This document shows, piece by piece, positions 8,942 through 18,163 of a stretch of 64,000 nt of DNA (positions are counted from its first letter, which is position 1; every line of letters begins with the position of its first letter). This stretch comes from Acidobacteriota bacterium (GTDB lineage: Bacteria > Acidobacteriota > UBA890 > WLXD01). The position numbers were made by a program, and so were the translations under genes. The notes under the pieces were generated by a model. It was not told the origin of the DNA and did no database searches. It saw only the letters and a list, made by a program, of their open reading frames with translations. The stretch spans positions 5,632,001 to 5,696,000 of the forward strand of contig CBDFKD010000002.1 in NCBI GenBank assembly GCA_965248695.1, given 5' to 3'.

Positions 8942-11041
8942 ATGAGGCTCGGTCACCACAAGACACTCCTCGTTTGTTCGGTGGTCGGCTTGGTTTGTCT
9001 CGCGGCTGCGCAGGTGCTGATGGCCCATGGCGGTGAGGCACGCCTGGTCAAGCTCATGCCGTGGCAAGCGGAACGGATTCCGCGGGTCCTGGGAGCGGAG
9101 CGCTCCGAGCTCGGCGTAAGAGGTTCCGATCGCCGCATCGAGATGACGACGATCGGCGACCGATCCTGCGTCGTGGGACCGGTCATCGCCTTCGACATCG
9201 ACGACGACTACGCCTTCGATATCGACGAGCCGGTCAGTCTGACTCTCACCTATGTTCCGGAGCTCACGGGGCCGTTCACCGTTGGCTGGGACCAGAACGG
9301 CGGTGAAGGCGTCGGCGTCTCGGAGCGCATCGAGCCACAGCCGGGGGCGATGTTCCGCAGCCTGACGCTGACCCTCGACCGCGCCCGGCTGGCCGGCCAG
9401 GGTATCCGCCGCACCGACATCGCGGTCGGCGGCCAGGGCGGCATCGTGCTATGCGACGTCGAGATCGCACGCAGCGGCAGTACCGTGCCGGCCAGCGCGT
9501 TCGGGCGCCTGCAGCTGACGGTGACGGATGCGAGCTCGGAACGCCCTATCCCGGCGCGAGTGGGCGTGTACGACTCGACCGGTCGTGCGCCGCTGCCGTC
9601 GGACGATGCACTGCTGGTGCATCGGTTCACCGACGAAGTTCGTCTTCTTTGGATCCATGGCAAAACGCTGTGGCCGTCGGACAACCGCCAGGCCTTTTAC
9701 GTGAACGGGGACTACGAGGCTCGCTTGCCAGTGGGCTCCTACGAGCTCGTCCTCACGCGAGGACCCGAATACCGCGTCGCCCATCGCAGCTTTGAGGTTC
9801 GCGAGAACGTCACCAGCACGGTCGACGTGGCGATGGAACGGTACGCCGACCTGCCGGCGCGCGGCTGGTTCTCCGGCGACTCCCACGTTCACATCCAACG
9901 ACACAGGGTCGACGACGAGGCCGTCTGGGGACAGCTGGCTGCCGAGGACGTTCATGTCGCCAACCTGCTGGAGATGGGCAACATCGCCGGCACTCACTTC
10001 AAGCAACCCGCCTGGGGCGAAGAGGGCCACTTCGGACGCGATACCTACATGCTGGTCTCCGGCCAGGAAGACCCGCGCACCGTGCAGCGTGGCCACACGA
10101 TCCACCACAATCTCTATCGTCCGTTCCATCAGGATCCGGACTCCTACTTCCTCTACCATCGCGTCTTCGAGGAGTCTCACCGGCAGGGCGGCATCTCGGG
10201 GTACGCACACCTCGGTGAACTGTTCAACGGCCGGCGCGGCCTGGCGTTGGACGTGCCCTTCGGGATCGTCGACTTCATCGAGGTGCTCCAGGGCGGGCGT
10301 CTGTTCGGCGATATCTGGTACAGCTTCTTGAACCTCGGCTTCAAGGTGTTGCCGGTCGCCGGTGCCGATTTCCCGTATTTCGGTCCGACCCTGCCCGGGG
10401 TCGAGCGTACCTACGTCAAGCTGGATGGCCCATTCAGCGTCGATGCCTTCTTCGACGCCTTCCTGCGTGGTCGAGTGTTCGTGAGCAACGGCCCGTTCCT
10501 GGAGTTCACCGTGAACGGGCACGAGATCGGCGAGGAGCTACGGGTAGAGCGTGGTGCGCGGCTCGAGATCGTAGCCGAAGCGTCACTCAACCCGGACGTC
10601 GACCAGCTCGACCGATTGGAGCTGCTGGTTCACGGTGAGGTGGTGACGTCGGAGGCGGCCGGCGGACGAGACCGGGTCCGGCTGCGCACGGAGATCACCG
10701 CCGACCGCAGCATGTGGCTCGCCGTTCGCGCCCTTGGGCAGCGCCAGGAGCGCCGCAACTCGATCGTCGCTCACAGCGCCCCGACCGTGGTCATCGTCGA
10801 TGACGAGCCGTTCTGGAAGCCGGAAGCCGTCCCCGAGCTGGTCGCCCGTCATCGCGCCCAACTGCAAGAGCTGATGACGGCGCGGATCGCGCCGGACGAT
10901 GATCTGGAGCCGTGGGAGACCCGCTACCTGCTGCTGCAACAATGGGAGCGACAACGCGAGCTACTGGAGTCCCGGGTGGAAGAGGCCGACGCGCGCTACC
11001 TCGATTTGTTGGAGCGCGTCCAGGCATCATCGCGGCGCTAG
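8942..11041 (+). CDS. Secreted CehA/McbA-family (PHP-like) metallohydrolase
   Basis: AAGGAGG RBS before ATG 8942; signal peptide; RGPEY; GWFSGDSHVH; GYAH; VAGADFP; FVSNGP; AHSAP. Confidence 0.85.
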   Translation: MRLGHHKTLLVCSVVGLVCLAAAQVLMAHGGEARLVKLMPWQAERIPRVLGAERSELGVRGSDRRIEMTTIGDRSCVVGPVIAFDIDDDYAFDIDEPVSLTLTYVPELTGPFTVGWDQNGGEGVGVSERIEPQPGAMFRSLTLTLDRARLAGQGIRRTDIAVGGQGGIVLCDVEIARSGSTVPASAFGRLQLTVTDASSERPIPARVGVYDSTGRAPLPSDDALLVHRFTDEVRLLWIHGKTLWPSDNRQAFYVNGDYEARLPVGSYELVLTRGPEYRVAHRSFEVRENVTSTVDVAMERYADLPARGWFSGDSHVHIQRHRVDDEAVWGQLAAEDVHVANLLEMGNIAGTHFKQPAWGEEGHFGRDTYMLVSGQEDPRTVQRGHTIHHNLYRPFHQDPDSYFLYHRVFEESHRQGGISGYAHLGELFNGRRGLALDVPFGIVDFIEVLQGGRLFGDIWYSFLNLGFKVLPVAGADFPYFGPTLPGVERTYVKLDGPFSVDAFFDAFLRGRVFVSNGPFLEFTVNGHEIGEELRVERGARLEIVAEASLNPDVDQLDRLELLVHGEVVTSEAAGGRDRVRLRTEITADRSMWLAVRALGQRQERRNSIVAHSAPTVVIVDDEPFWKPEAVPELVARHRAQLQELMTARIAPDDDLEPWETRYLLLQQWERQRELLESRVEEADARYLDLLERVQASSRR

Positions 11042-11077
11042 CAAAGCACGCGGAGCACCATTGAAGGAGGATCACTC

Positions 11078-12808
11078 ATGAAGAGGATCTCCAAGCATCG
11101 GATCTTGGAGCTTACTTTCCGCCACATCGTCATCCTGGGAGCCGCCGTCGCGCTGACCGTCGCGGGCGAGGCTCCCGCGCGCGCGCGCGCTTCTCAAGCA
11201 GCCGAGCCCTTCGACGTCCTGATCCAAGGCGGACGTGTCTTTGATGGCAGCGGCAACCCCTGGTTCCGCGCCGACGTCGGCGTGCGGGATGGCAAGATCG
11301 CCGCCATCAGCGACCTCTCCGACGCCGCTGCGGCGCATGTCATCGATGCCACCGGCATGGCCGTCGCCCCCGGCTTCATCGACATCCACAGCCATTCGGA
11401 CGGCACTCTGCCCGTCGATGGCACGGCACAGAGCAAGATCCGCCAGGGGGTAACGTTGGATGTCGGCGGCGAGCGGTCGTCGGTAGCGCCACTGGCCGGC
11501 GAAGTGCTGGAGGAGCGCCGGGCCAGCGCTCGAAGCCAGGGTTACGAGCTCGACTGGACCGATCTCGACGGCTACTTCGAGCACCTGATGCGCAAAGGCA
11601 TCTCGCTCAACGTCGCCATCAAGATCGCACCTCAACAGGTCAAGCGCGTCGTCGTCGGTGGGAGCGTAGAGCAGGCTGCTACGCCGGAGCAGCTGGAGCG
11701 CATGAAGCAGCTGATCGTCGAGGCGATGCACGACGGCGCCATCGGTATCGCCAGCTGGTTCCGCGGCGGCGGCTATCGCTTCGCCGAGGAGATGATCCCG
11801 ATGGCGCAAGCGGCAGTCGATCACGGCGCCGTGGTCTATGAGACGCATGTCGGCAGCGAGGGCTACCAGCTGCAGGAAGAGCTGCAGAAAGCGATCGACA
11901 TCGTCGAGCAGACGGGCCTGCCGGTGAGCGTTGCCCACTTCAAGATTCGCGGCCGCGCCATCTGGGATCAGCTGGAGCCCGCCATCCGCATGATCGAGGA
12001 CGCTCGCGAGCGCGGCCTGGACATCACCGCCAACCAGTACCCCTACACGGCGATGACGCAGGGGTGGTCCAACTTCTTCCCGACCTGGGCGCGTGAGACG
12101 GAGGACCTGGAGGATCTCCTCGGGAGCATCGCCACCCGCGATCGGATCCGCAACGATCCTGAGTGGATCCAGTACTTCGAGGAGCACGGCGGTATCGAGG
12201 GCGTCGTCCTGTGCTGCCTCCGAAACGACAGTCCGGTCAAGCAGTACGACGGCATGAGCGTGGCGGAGATCGCCGCGGAGCGTGGTGATCCGGACCCGAT
12301 CAATGCTCTCTTCGAAGTGGTGATGGAGAACGGTCGTTTCCCGGGCGGCATCCACCACAACCAATCGGAGGAGAACGTGCGCCGCATCATGGCGCTGCCG
12401 TGGGTGGCGATCGCTTCGGACGGATGGGCCGTGCGTCCGGACGGCATTCTGGGTGAAGGGGTCGTGCACCCGCGACTCTACGGCACCTTTCCCCGCGTGC
12501 TGGGACGCTACGTGCGCGACCAGCCGCTGCTGACCTTGGCGGACGCGATCCGCAAGATGACCTCCCTGCCGGCCCAGGTGCTTCGGCTCGAGGACAGGGG
12601 TAGCCTACGCCAGGGCTACTGGGCCGATATCGTCGTCTTCGACCCGGAGACGGTTATCGACGTCGCCACCTACGACGAGCCGCACCGGTACCCGATCGGC
12701 GTCGACTATGTGTTGGTCAACGGCGTCGTCGTCATCGACGACGGCGAGCACACCGGTGCGCGGCCCGGACAACCCGTCTATGGGCCCGGAAGACGAGCCA
12801 CGCATTGA
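11078..12808 (+). CDS. Secreted N-acyl-D-amino-acid deacylase (D-aminoacylase family amidohydrolase)
   Basis: DGSGNPWFRADVGV, APGFIDIHSHSD, QYPY, IASDG, HPRLYGTFPRVLG, ADIVVFDP. N-terminal signal peptide. Confidence 0.92.
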   Translation: MKRISKHRILELTFRHIVILGAAVALTVAGEAPARARASQAAEPFDVLIQGGRVFDGSGNPWFRADVGVRDGKIAAISDLSDAAAAHVIDATGMAVAPGFIDIHSHSDGTLPVDGTAQSKIRQGVTLDVGGERSSVAPLAGEVLEERRASARSQGYELDWTDLDGYFEHLMRKGISLNVAIKIAPQQVKRVVVGGSVEQAATPEQLERMKQLIVEAMHDGAIGIASWFRGGGYRFAEEMIPMAQAAVDHGAVVYETHVGSEGYQLQEELQKAIDIVEQTGLPVSVAHFKIRGRAIWDQLEPAIRMIEDARERGLDITANQYPYTAMTQGWSNFFPTWARETEDLEDLLGSIATRDRIRNDPEWIQYFEEHGGIEGVVLCCLRNDSPVKQYDGMSVAEIAAERGDPDPINALFEVVMENGRFPGGIHHNQSEENVRRIMALPWVAIASDGWAVRPDGILGEGVVHPRLYGTFPRVLGRYVRDQPLLTLADAIRKMTSLPAQVLRLEDRGSLRQGYWADIVVFDPETVIDVATYDEPHRYPIGVDYVLVNGVVVIDDGEHTGARPGQPVYGPGRRATH

Positions 12809-12898
12809 ACACTCGACAGGGGCCGGCGTCGACAAGCGTCGTTGCCGCGGTCGTCAGTTGCACCGCACGACCTCACTGCATCTCGGAGACGCCAGACA

Positions 12899-12912
12899 GA
12901 GAGAATTCTCTC
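12899..12912. promoter_or_regulatory. Perfect 14-bp palindrome upstream of the Rieske oxygenase gene (candidate operator)
   Basis: GAGAGAATTCTCTC is self-complementary, relatively AT-rich for this genome, and lies about 80 bp upstream of ATG 12994. Confidence 0.35.
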
Positions 12913-12993
12913 AAGCTCGACGATGCCGTGGTGAAAGCGGTGCGCGTGTGCTTCCATTCAGGGATCTGAGTGTCGGGGCCGCGGGAGGATGGC

Positions 12994-14544
12994 ATGAGCA
13001 AAAGAGACAGCGAGAACGGGAAAGAGACCAAGGGAAAGAAGGTCAGTCGCCGCGACTTCGCCAAGTCATCGGTCGCAGCGGGGGCCGCTGCAGTAGCGCT
13101 TCCCAAGGCGTTGCGTGGCGAACCGTTGGTGGAGAAGGCAGCGTCGACGGCGGCAAAGGCATCGACCTCCGCGAGTCGGGGCCCGATTACGATGCCGCCC
13201 GAAGTGTCGTACGGCGGTGTGGATTTCGACGGACGCGACGTGCTCCTGGATGAGATTCTGTCGCCCCCCGGCAAAGCGCCGACCTATCCAGGCGGATGGC
13301 AGGAGGGAACGACGATTCCTGCCGAGTACTACCTCGACGAGAAGCACTGGCTCAACGAAGAGCGCTTCCTCCGTGATCAATTCTGGTTCATGGCCGACCA
13401 CGAGAGCCGCATCGCCAATCCCGGCGACTACTTCCTCTTCGAGTTCGGGCGTGGCGACAGTGTGATCATCGCGCGCGCCGAAGACGGTTCCGTGAAGGCC
13501 CACCACAACGTCTGTCGACACCGCGGATCGCGCATCTGCCTGCACGACCAGAACCTGCCCGGGTCGGCGACGGCCAACGGCAAGCCGGAGGACCCGCGGC
13601 TGTCGGTAGTGCAGCAGGGGCCGAGCGGCAATACGGCGGTCTTCCGTTGCCCCTATCACGCCTGGACGTACGATCTCGACGGCAAGCTGATCTCGTTCCC
13701 CACCGGCATGCCGGAGGGGTTCGACGAAACCCAGCACGGCCTGCACCCGGCCCATGTGCGGATGGTCGAAGGATTCATCTTCGTCAGCCTGGCCGACGAG
13801 GAGCCATCGGGGTTCGACGAGTTCGTTGCCAACTGGCGACGGGTGTCCCAGTTCTATGGGACCGCGGGCATGAAAGTAGCGGCGCGCACGCAACACCCGA
13901 CGAGGGCCAACTGGAAGCTGGCGGTGGAGAACTTCGAAGAGTGCTATCACTGTGAGCCAGCGCACAAGTCGCTGGTAGAGGTGCAGTGGTGGCAGCGCCA
14001 ACACGTGCTGAGCGACGAGCAAGTCGCCGACATCGAGCAGGCGGTGGCGCGTCACCAACACCCGGACGAGAAACTTCGGAAGGGGGCGGACGGGGTACGG
14101 GAGGACACCTATTCAATGAGCGTCCACCTGGCTCCCGGCTACGTGACGGGCAGCCTCGATGGCAAGCCGGTAGCGCCGCTCTTGCTCGACGAGTGGACGC
14201 ACAAGCGCCGCGGCGCCACGACCGGGTTCTCGACGTCGTTCTTCGCCGCCTACGACGATCATCTCGCGGTCGCCCGATTCACCCCACGAGACATCTTGAT
14301 GACCGATGTCGAGATCTTCTGGCTGGTAAGAGGCGACGCGAAGGAAGACGAGGTAGACGTAGAGCGAATGATGGAGCTCTGGGACGTCACCTATCGTGAG
14401 GATCTATGGATCGTCGAGAACAACCAGCACGGCATCCGCAACAGCCGCTACAACCATCGCGGCGGACAGCCATACGCGCAACGTGAGGGCGGACCCGCTG
14501 GGTTCATCAAGTGGTACATGACCGAAATCGCACCCCACGCATGA
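12994..14544 (+). CDS. Rieske non-heme iron oxygenase alpha subunit (GbcA/choline-monooxygenase-like) with Tat signal
   Basis: GGAGGA RBS; SRRDFAK Tat motif; Rieske ligands CRH...CPYH; mononuclear Fe motif ANWKLAVENFEECYHCEPAH; late EDLWIVENNQHG. Confidence 0.92.
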   Translation: MSKRDSENGKETKGKKVSRRDFAKSSVAAGAAAVALPKALRGEPLVEKAASTAAKASTSASRGPITMPPEVSYGGVDFDGRDVLLDEILSPPGKAPTYPGGWQEGTTIPAEYYLDEKHWLNEERFLRDQFWFMADHESRIANPGDYFLFEFGRGDSVIIARAEDGSVKAHHNVCRHRGSRICLHDQNLPGSATANGKPEDPRLSVVQQGPSGNTAVFRCPYHAWTYDLDGKLISFPTGMPEGFDETQHGLHPAHVRMVEGFIFVSLADEEPSGFDEFVANWRRVSQFYGTAGMKVAARTQHPTRANWKLAVENFEECYHCEPAHKSLVEVQWWQRQHVLSDEQVADIEQAVARHQHPDEKLRKGADGVREDTYSMSVHLAPGYVTGSLDGKPVAPLLLDEWTHKRRGATTGFSTSFFAAYDDHLAVARFTPRDILMTDVEIFWLVRGDAKEDEVDVERMMELWDVTYREDLWIVENNQHGIRNSRYNHRGGQPYAQREGGPAGFIKWYMTEIAPHA

Positions 14545-14552
14545 GGTAAGCC

Positions 14553-16517
14553 ATGACAAATCGCGATCTCGGCATGCGCCGCGACATCACCCGTCGTGAC
14601 TTCGTCAACGGAGTCAGCGTCGCCGTCGGCGGGGCGCTGGCGCTGCCGGCCCGACTGCGCGCCGCCGGAATGCCACAGGCCTACGCGCCCGAGCAGACGG
14701 CGGACTACTACCCGCCTACCCGTACCGGCATGCGGGGCTCCCATCCGGGCTCCTTCGAGGCGGCGCACGCCGCCCGCGACGGGATGAATTTCGATGCCGC
14801 CGAGGATACCGGCGAGACCTACGATCTTATCGTCGTCGGTGCCGGCCTCAGCGGTCTGGCAGCAGCGTATTTCTATCGCAAGGCAACCGGCCCCGACGCC
14901 CGCATCCTGATCCTCGAGAACCACGACGACTTCGGCGGCCACGCCAAGCGCAACGAGTTCGAGCACGACGGCGAGGTGCTGCTTGCAACGGGCGGCACGG
15001 TGTACATGGTGCACGCGGACCAATACCCGGCGCCGGCGCGGGAGATGCTCGAGGACATCGGCGTCGAGCTCGATCATCCGACCAACAACATGCATCGAGG
15101 CATGTTCAGGGAGATGGGACTGGAGCCCGCCGTCTTCTTCCACGAGGAAGGCTACGGCGAGGACGCGCTTGTCGCCGGCAGCGTCCGACGACCCACCGAG
15201 GAGTTCCTCGCCAAGACGCCGCTGCCTGACCAGGTGCGGGCAGATCTACTGCGCCTCTGGAACGACCGGCGCGACTACATGCCTGGGCTGTCCCAGGCGG
15301 AGAAAATCCAGGAACTCCAACGGATCAGCTACCGCGACTATCTGCTCGACGTCGCCAAGGTCCATCCGGACGTGCTGCCGCTGGTGGGTGGCGTTTGGTG
15401 TCTTGGCGCCGATACATCGAGCGCCTGGTTCGCCCTGTATCGTGCGCTGCCGGGTTTCCAGGGACTCGGGATCGCGATTCCGGCGGAGTCGCCGTCGCTC
15501 CCCGGCCACGGCAAGACCGACGTCTACTTCCCCGCCGGCAACTCCGACATCGCCCGGATGATCGTCCGATCGTTGATCCCGGCAGCCCTGCCGGCCGGGT
15601 CGATGGCCGACCTCGAGCTGCAGCGCACCGACTACTCGACGCTCGACGAACCGCGCTCGCCCGTCCACCTGCGGCTCAACAGCGCGGCCGTGCACGTACG
15701 CCATGTCGGCGATGCGCCCGATCTCTTGAGCTCCGACTCGCGCCAGACCGAGGTCACCTACGTGCGTGGCGGCCGAGCCTATAAGGTGCGAGGAAAGGGC
15801 TGTGTGCTGGCCTGCTACCACACCATGATCCCGCATCTGTGCCCCGAGCTTCCGAACAAGCAGAAGGACGCCCTGAGCCTCGCCTCACGCGCCGTACAGA
15901 TGTACACCAACGTCCTGGTGCGCGACTGGAGGCCTTTCGAAGAACTGGGCGTGTCGACGATTTCGTGTCCGGGTTCGTTCTACAGCGCCATCCGTCCGCG
16001 AACACCGCATGCGTTCGGGGCCCACGATCCACCGCGTTCGCCCGGCGACCCGATCATTGTCTCGCTGGGAGACGGCGGCGGGGTGCTCTCCTGGGAGCCG
16101 ATGGTTCGAGGTCTACGCCGCGGAGAATCGATTCCACCCGGCACACCGGTTCGGGAGCAAATGCGATTGGTGCGACAGGGGCTGCTGGAGACATCCTTCG
16201 AGGATTTCGAACGGCGAATTCGTGAACAGATGACGCGGGTGCTGGGGCCGGCAGGCTTCGACGCGGCGCGCGACATCGAGGCCATCATGGTCAACCGCTG
16301 GCCACACGGCTATGCGCTGGCGACCAACACGCTCTTCGACCCGGAGTGGGCGCCCGGCGAGGAACCTTGGAAAGTCGCCAGTCGGCAGTTCGGGCGGATC
16401 ACGATCGCCAACACCGATGCCTCGGGGATCGATCTCACTCAGACCGCTTTCGACGAGGCTCACCGCGCGGTGGACGAACTCCTGCAGATGCGCCACGGCT
16501 GGTTCCCGAAGGTCTGA
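14553..16517 (+). CDS. Spermidine dehydrogenase (SpdH)-like FAD flavoprotein with Tat signal
   Basis: ITRRDFVNG Tat motif; YYPPTRTGMRGSHPGSFEAAH; VVGAGLSG FAD motif; ENHDDFGGHAKRNEF; VNRWPHGYA; FGRITIAN. All resemble the SpdH family. Confidence 0.88.
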   Translation: MTNRDLGMRRDITRRDFVNGVSVAVGGALALPARLRAAGMPQAYAPEQTADYYPPTRTGMRGSHPGSFEAAHAARDGMNFDAAEDTGETYDLIVVGAGLSGLAAAYFYRKATGPDARILILENHDDFGGHAKRNEFEHDGEVLLATGGTVYMVHADQYPAPAREMLEDIGVELDHPTNNMHRGMFREMGLEPAVFFHEEGYGEDALVAGSVRRPTEEFLAKTPLPDQVRADLLRLWNDRRDYMPGLSQAEKIQELQRISYRDYLLDVAKVHPDVLPLVGGVWCLGADTSSAWFALYRALPGFQGLGIAIPAESPSLPGHGKTDVYFPAGNSDIARMIVRSLIPAALPAGSMADLELQRTDYSTLDEPRSPVHLRLNSAAVHVRHVGDAPDLLSSDSRQTEVTYVRGGRAYKVRGKGCVLACYHTMIPHLCPELPNKQKDALSLASRAVQMYTNVLVRDWRPFEELGVSTISCPGSFYSAIRPRTPHAFGAHDPPRSPGDPIIVSLGDGGGVLSWEPMVRGLRRGESIPPGTPVREQMRLVRQGLLETSFEDFERRIREQMTRVLGPAGFDAARDIEAIMVNRWPHGYALATNTLFDPEWAPGEEPWKVASRQFGRITIANTDASGIDLTQTAFDEAHRAVDELLQMRHGWFPKV

Positions 16518-16528
16518 GTCCGGTACCT

Positions 16529-16999
16529 CTACTGCTTGTCGAAGTGGAGCTCCTGGAGGATCGAGCCGTCCGCCCGGTACCACATCACCTGCATCGTCTT
16601 GCCGTCCTCCGAGACCTGTCGCAAGAACATGCCGGAGAAGGTCCCATCGGCGCGCTTGCCGAGCCGCAGCTCGCTGCGTTCCGACATGCGGATCATCCTC
16701 ACGAACCCCCGCGATTCCTCGCCGGTGTCGAGGCTCTTGCCCCGGTACCACTGGCCGTCGTCGAAGGTTGCCGTATACGTGCTCCGTGATCGCCGGCCGT
16801 TGTCGGTGATGTCGTTGATACCGGTCTCGGCGTTGTTCTCATGCTTGAGCGTGATGATCTCCACTTCCGGAAGCGGCGAGCCGTTGGTAATCGACTTCGA
16901 TTGATCGAGCTTCCAGACCCCGTTGAAGGGATCGTCCTGGGCATGGGCAGTCCCGACCAGCAAGAGAGACAGTGCGAGCGCTGCGATCGACGTCTTCAT
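16529..16999 (-). CDS. Small secreted beta-barrel (lipocalin-like) hypothetical protein
   Basis: ATG 16999 after GGGAG; signal peptide MKTSIAALALSLLLVGTAHA; DPFNGVWKLDQSKS; VSEDGKTM; C-terminal FDKQ. Confidence 0.8.
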   Translation of the reverse strand: MKTSIAALALSLLLVGTAHAQDDPFNGVWKLDQSKSITNGSPLPEVEIITLKHENNAETGINDITDNGRRSRSTYTATFDDGQWYRGKSLDTGEESRGFVRMIRMSERSELRLGKRADGTFSGMFLRQVSEDGKTMQVMWYRADGSILQELHFDKQ

Positions 17000-17079
17000 G
17001 GTTTTCTCCCTGTTTGTGAGTAGTGCAAGCCCGAATCGGTTGCTCGCCGTGCCGCTCTCGTCGACGCTGGCTCCGGTGC

Positions 17080-17805
17080 TCAACGCCTGTTCCAGATGTC
17101 GATGACCTCGGTATGCCCCACCAGCGTGGCGTTGTCACCGATGTACAACATTGCATCCTCGGCGCGCGCGGGATCCGTCGGCACGATGGCGTCTTTGATC
17201 GCCACCGTACGATAGCCGAGGCCGCGGGCAGTCTGCATCGTCGGCACGACACCAACCTCGGCGCCGACCCCGACGATGACGATGGTCGTGAGTCGATTCC
17301 ACCGCAGCAACTCGTCGAGGGCGGTGCCGATGAACGCGTCCGGTCGGTACTTCCTGAGCACCCAGTCATTGGCCACGGGCTCGATTTCCCCAGGATTCTC
17401 CCATCCCCAGGTGCCCTCGTTAGTTGAGATCGTGGACGGCGGCCCGGGGTCAATGGGCCTTTCCCCGGGTCTGCCATAGGTCGACCCGTCCGGGTAGGAG
17501 GTCCAGCGAACATACGCAACCCGCACGTTGTTTGCCCTCGCGGCAGCCAGCAGATCGACCATCGGGTCCATGATGCCGGTAACGTCGATGCGTCGCCCGC
17601 TTTCGTCGAACGATCCGCCCTCTGAGACGAAGGCGTTCAGCACTTCGTGAACGAGAAGAACGGTGTGCTCAGGATCGAGGAGCTGTCCGAGCTCATCGCC
17701 GGATTGCGCTTCGACGCCCCCTGGCATTCCCGCGGCCAGCGTGAGCCCGGCGACAACGATCACCGAAGCGGGGCTCGCCAGACGCGATTCAGGCCTGATT
17801 CTCAT
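17080..17805 (-). CDS. Secreted isochorismatase/cysteine-hydrolase-fold protein (catalytic Cys absent), paralogue 1
   Basis: TVLLVHEVLNAF, EGTWGWE, KYRPDAFIGTALDELLR, IVIVGVGAEVGVVPT; signal peptide ending VEA; GAGGA RBS. Confidence 0.85.
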   Translation of the reverse strand: MRIRPESRLASPASVIVVAGLTLAAGMPGGVEAQSGDELGQLLDPEHTVLLVHEVLNAFVSEGGSFDESGRRIDVTGIMDPMVDLLAAARANNVRVAYVRWTSYPDGSTYGRPGERPIDPGPPSTISTNEGTWGWENPGEIEPVANDWVLRKYRPDAFIGTALDELLRWNRLTTIVIVGVGAEVGVVPTMQTARGLGYRTVAIKDAIVPTDPARAEDAMLYIGDNATLVGHTEVIDIWNRR

Positions 17806-18163
17806 CGTTCCTCTTCCTCCGTCCTAAGGTATCGAAAGCCATCGCCGCATCGTCGCGACGGGACCGACCGGCTGACCGGCGTGTGTCGCCGGAGCGACCC
17901 AACGCCCCCACAACTCCTGACGCGGAGCGCCCGCGAGAGGAACATCCTGTTTTCTTTCGGCTTTTACAAGGGGCGATCAGGATCGGCCCTGATGTCACTG
18001 TCCGGTCATCTCGGATTCAGCCAGTACTCGTGATCCCTGAAGCCCTGGTTGACACGATCGTCACGACTCGTGATCGTTCGTCCGGCAAAGGCAAGCCTCG
18101 AACGAACAATCCAGCCACACGAAGACGACACGACCACATCGTGCTGCGTCGTGGGAGGGATCC

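Noticed and set aside
12925-12937. 13-nt match (GCCGTGGTGAAAG) to the MITE terminal repeat
   Set aside because: No CTAG flank and no partner inverted repeat; compatible with chance.
12860-12960. Possible glycine riboswitch (GGAGA...CTCTCA) upstream of the Rieske gene
   Set aside because: Lacks the conserved CCGAAG core and CTCTCAGG end, and no tandem aptamer is evident. An Rfam/Infernal scan would settle it.
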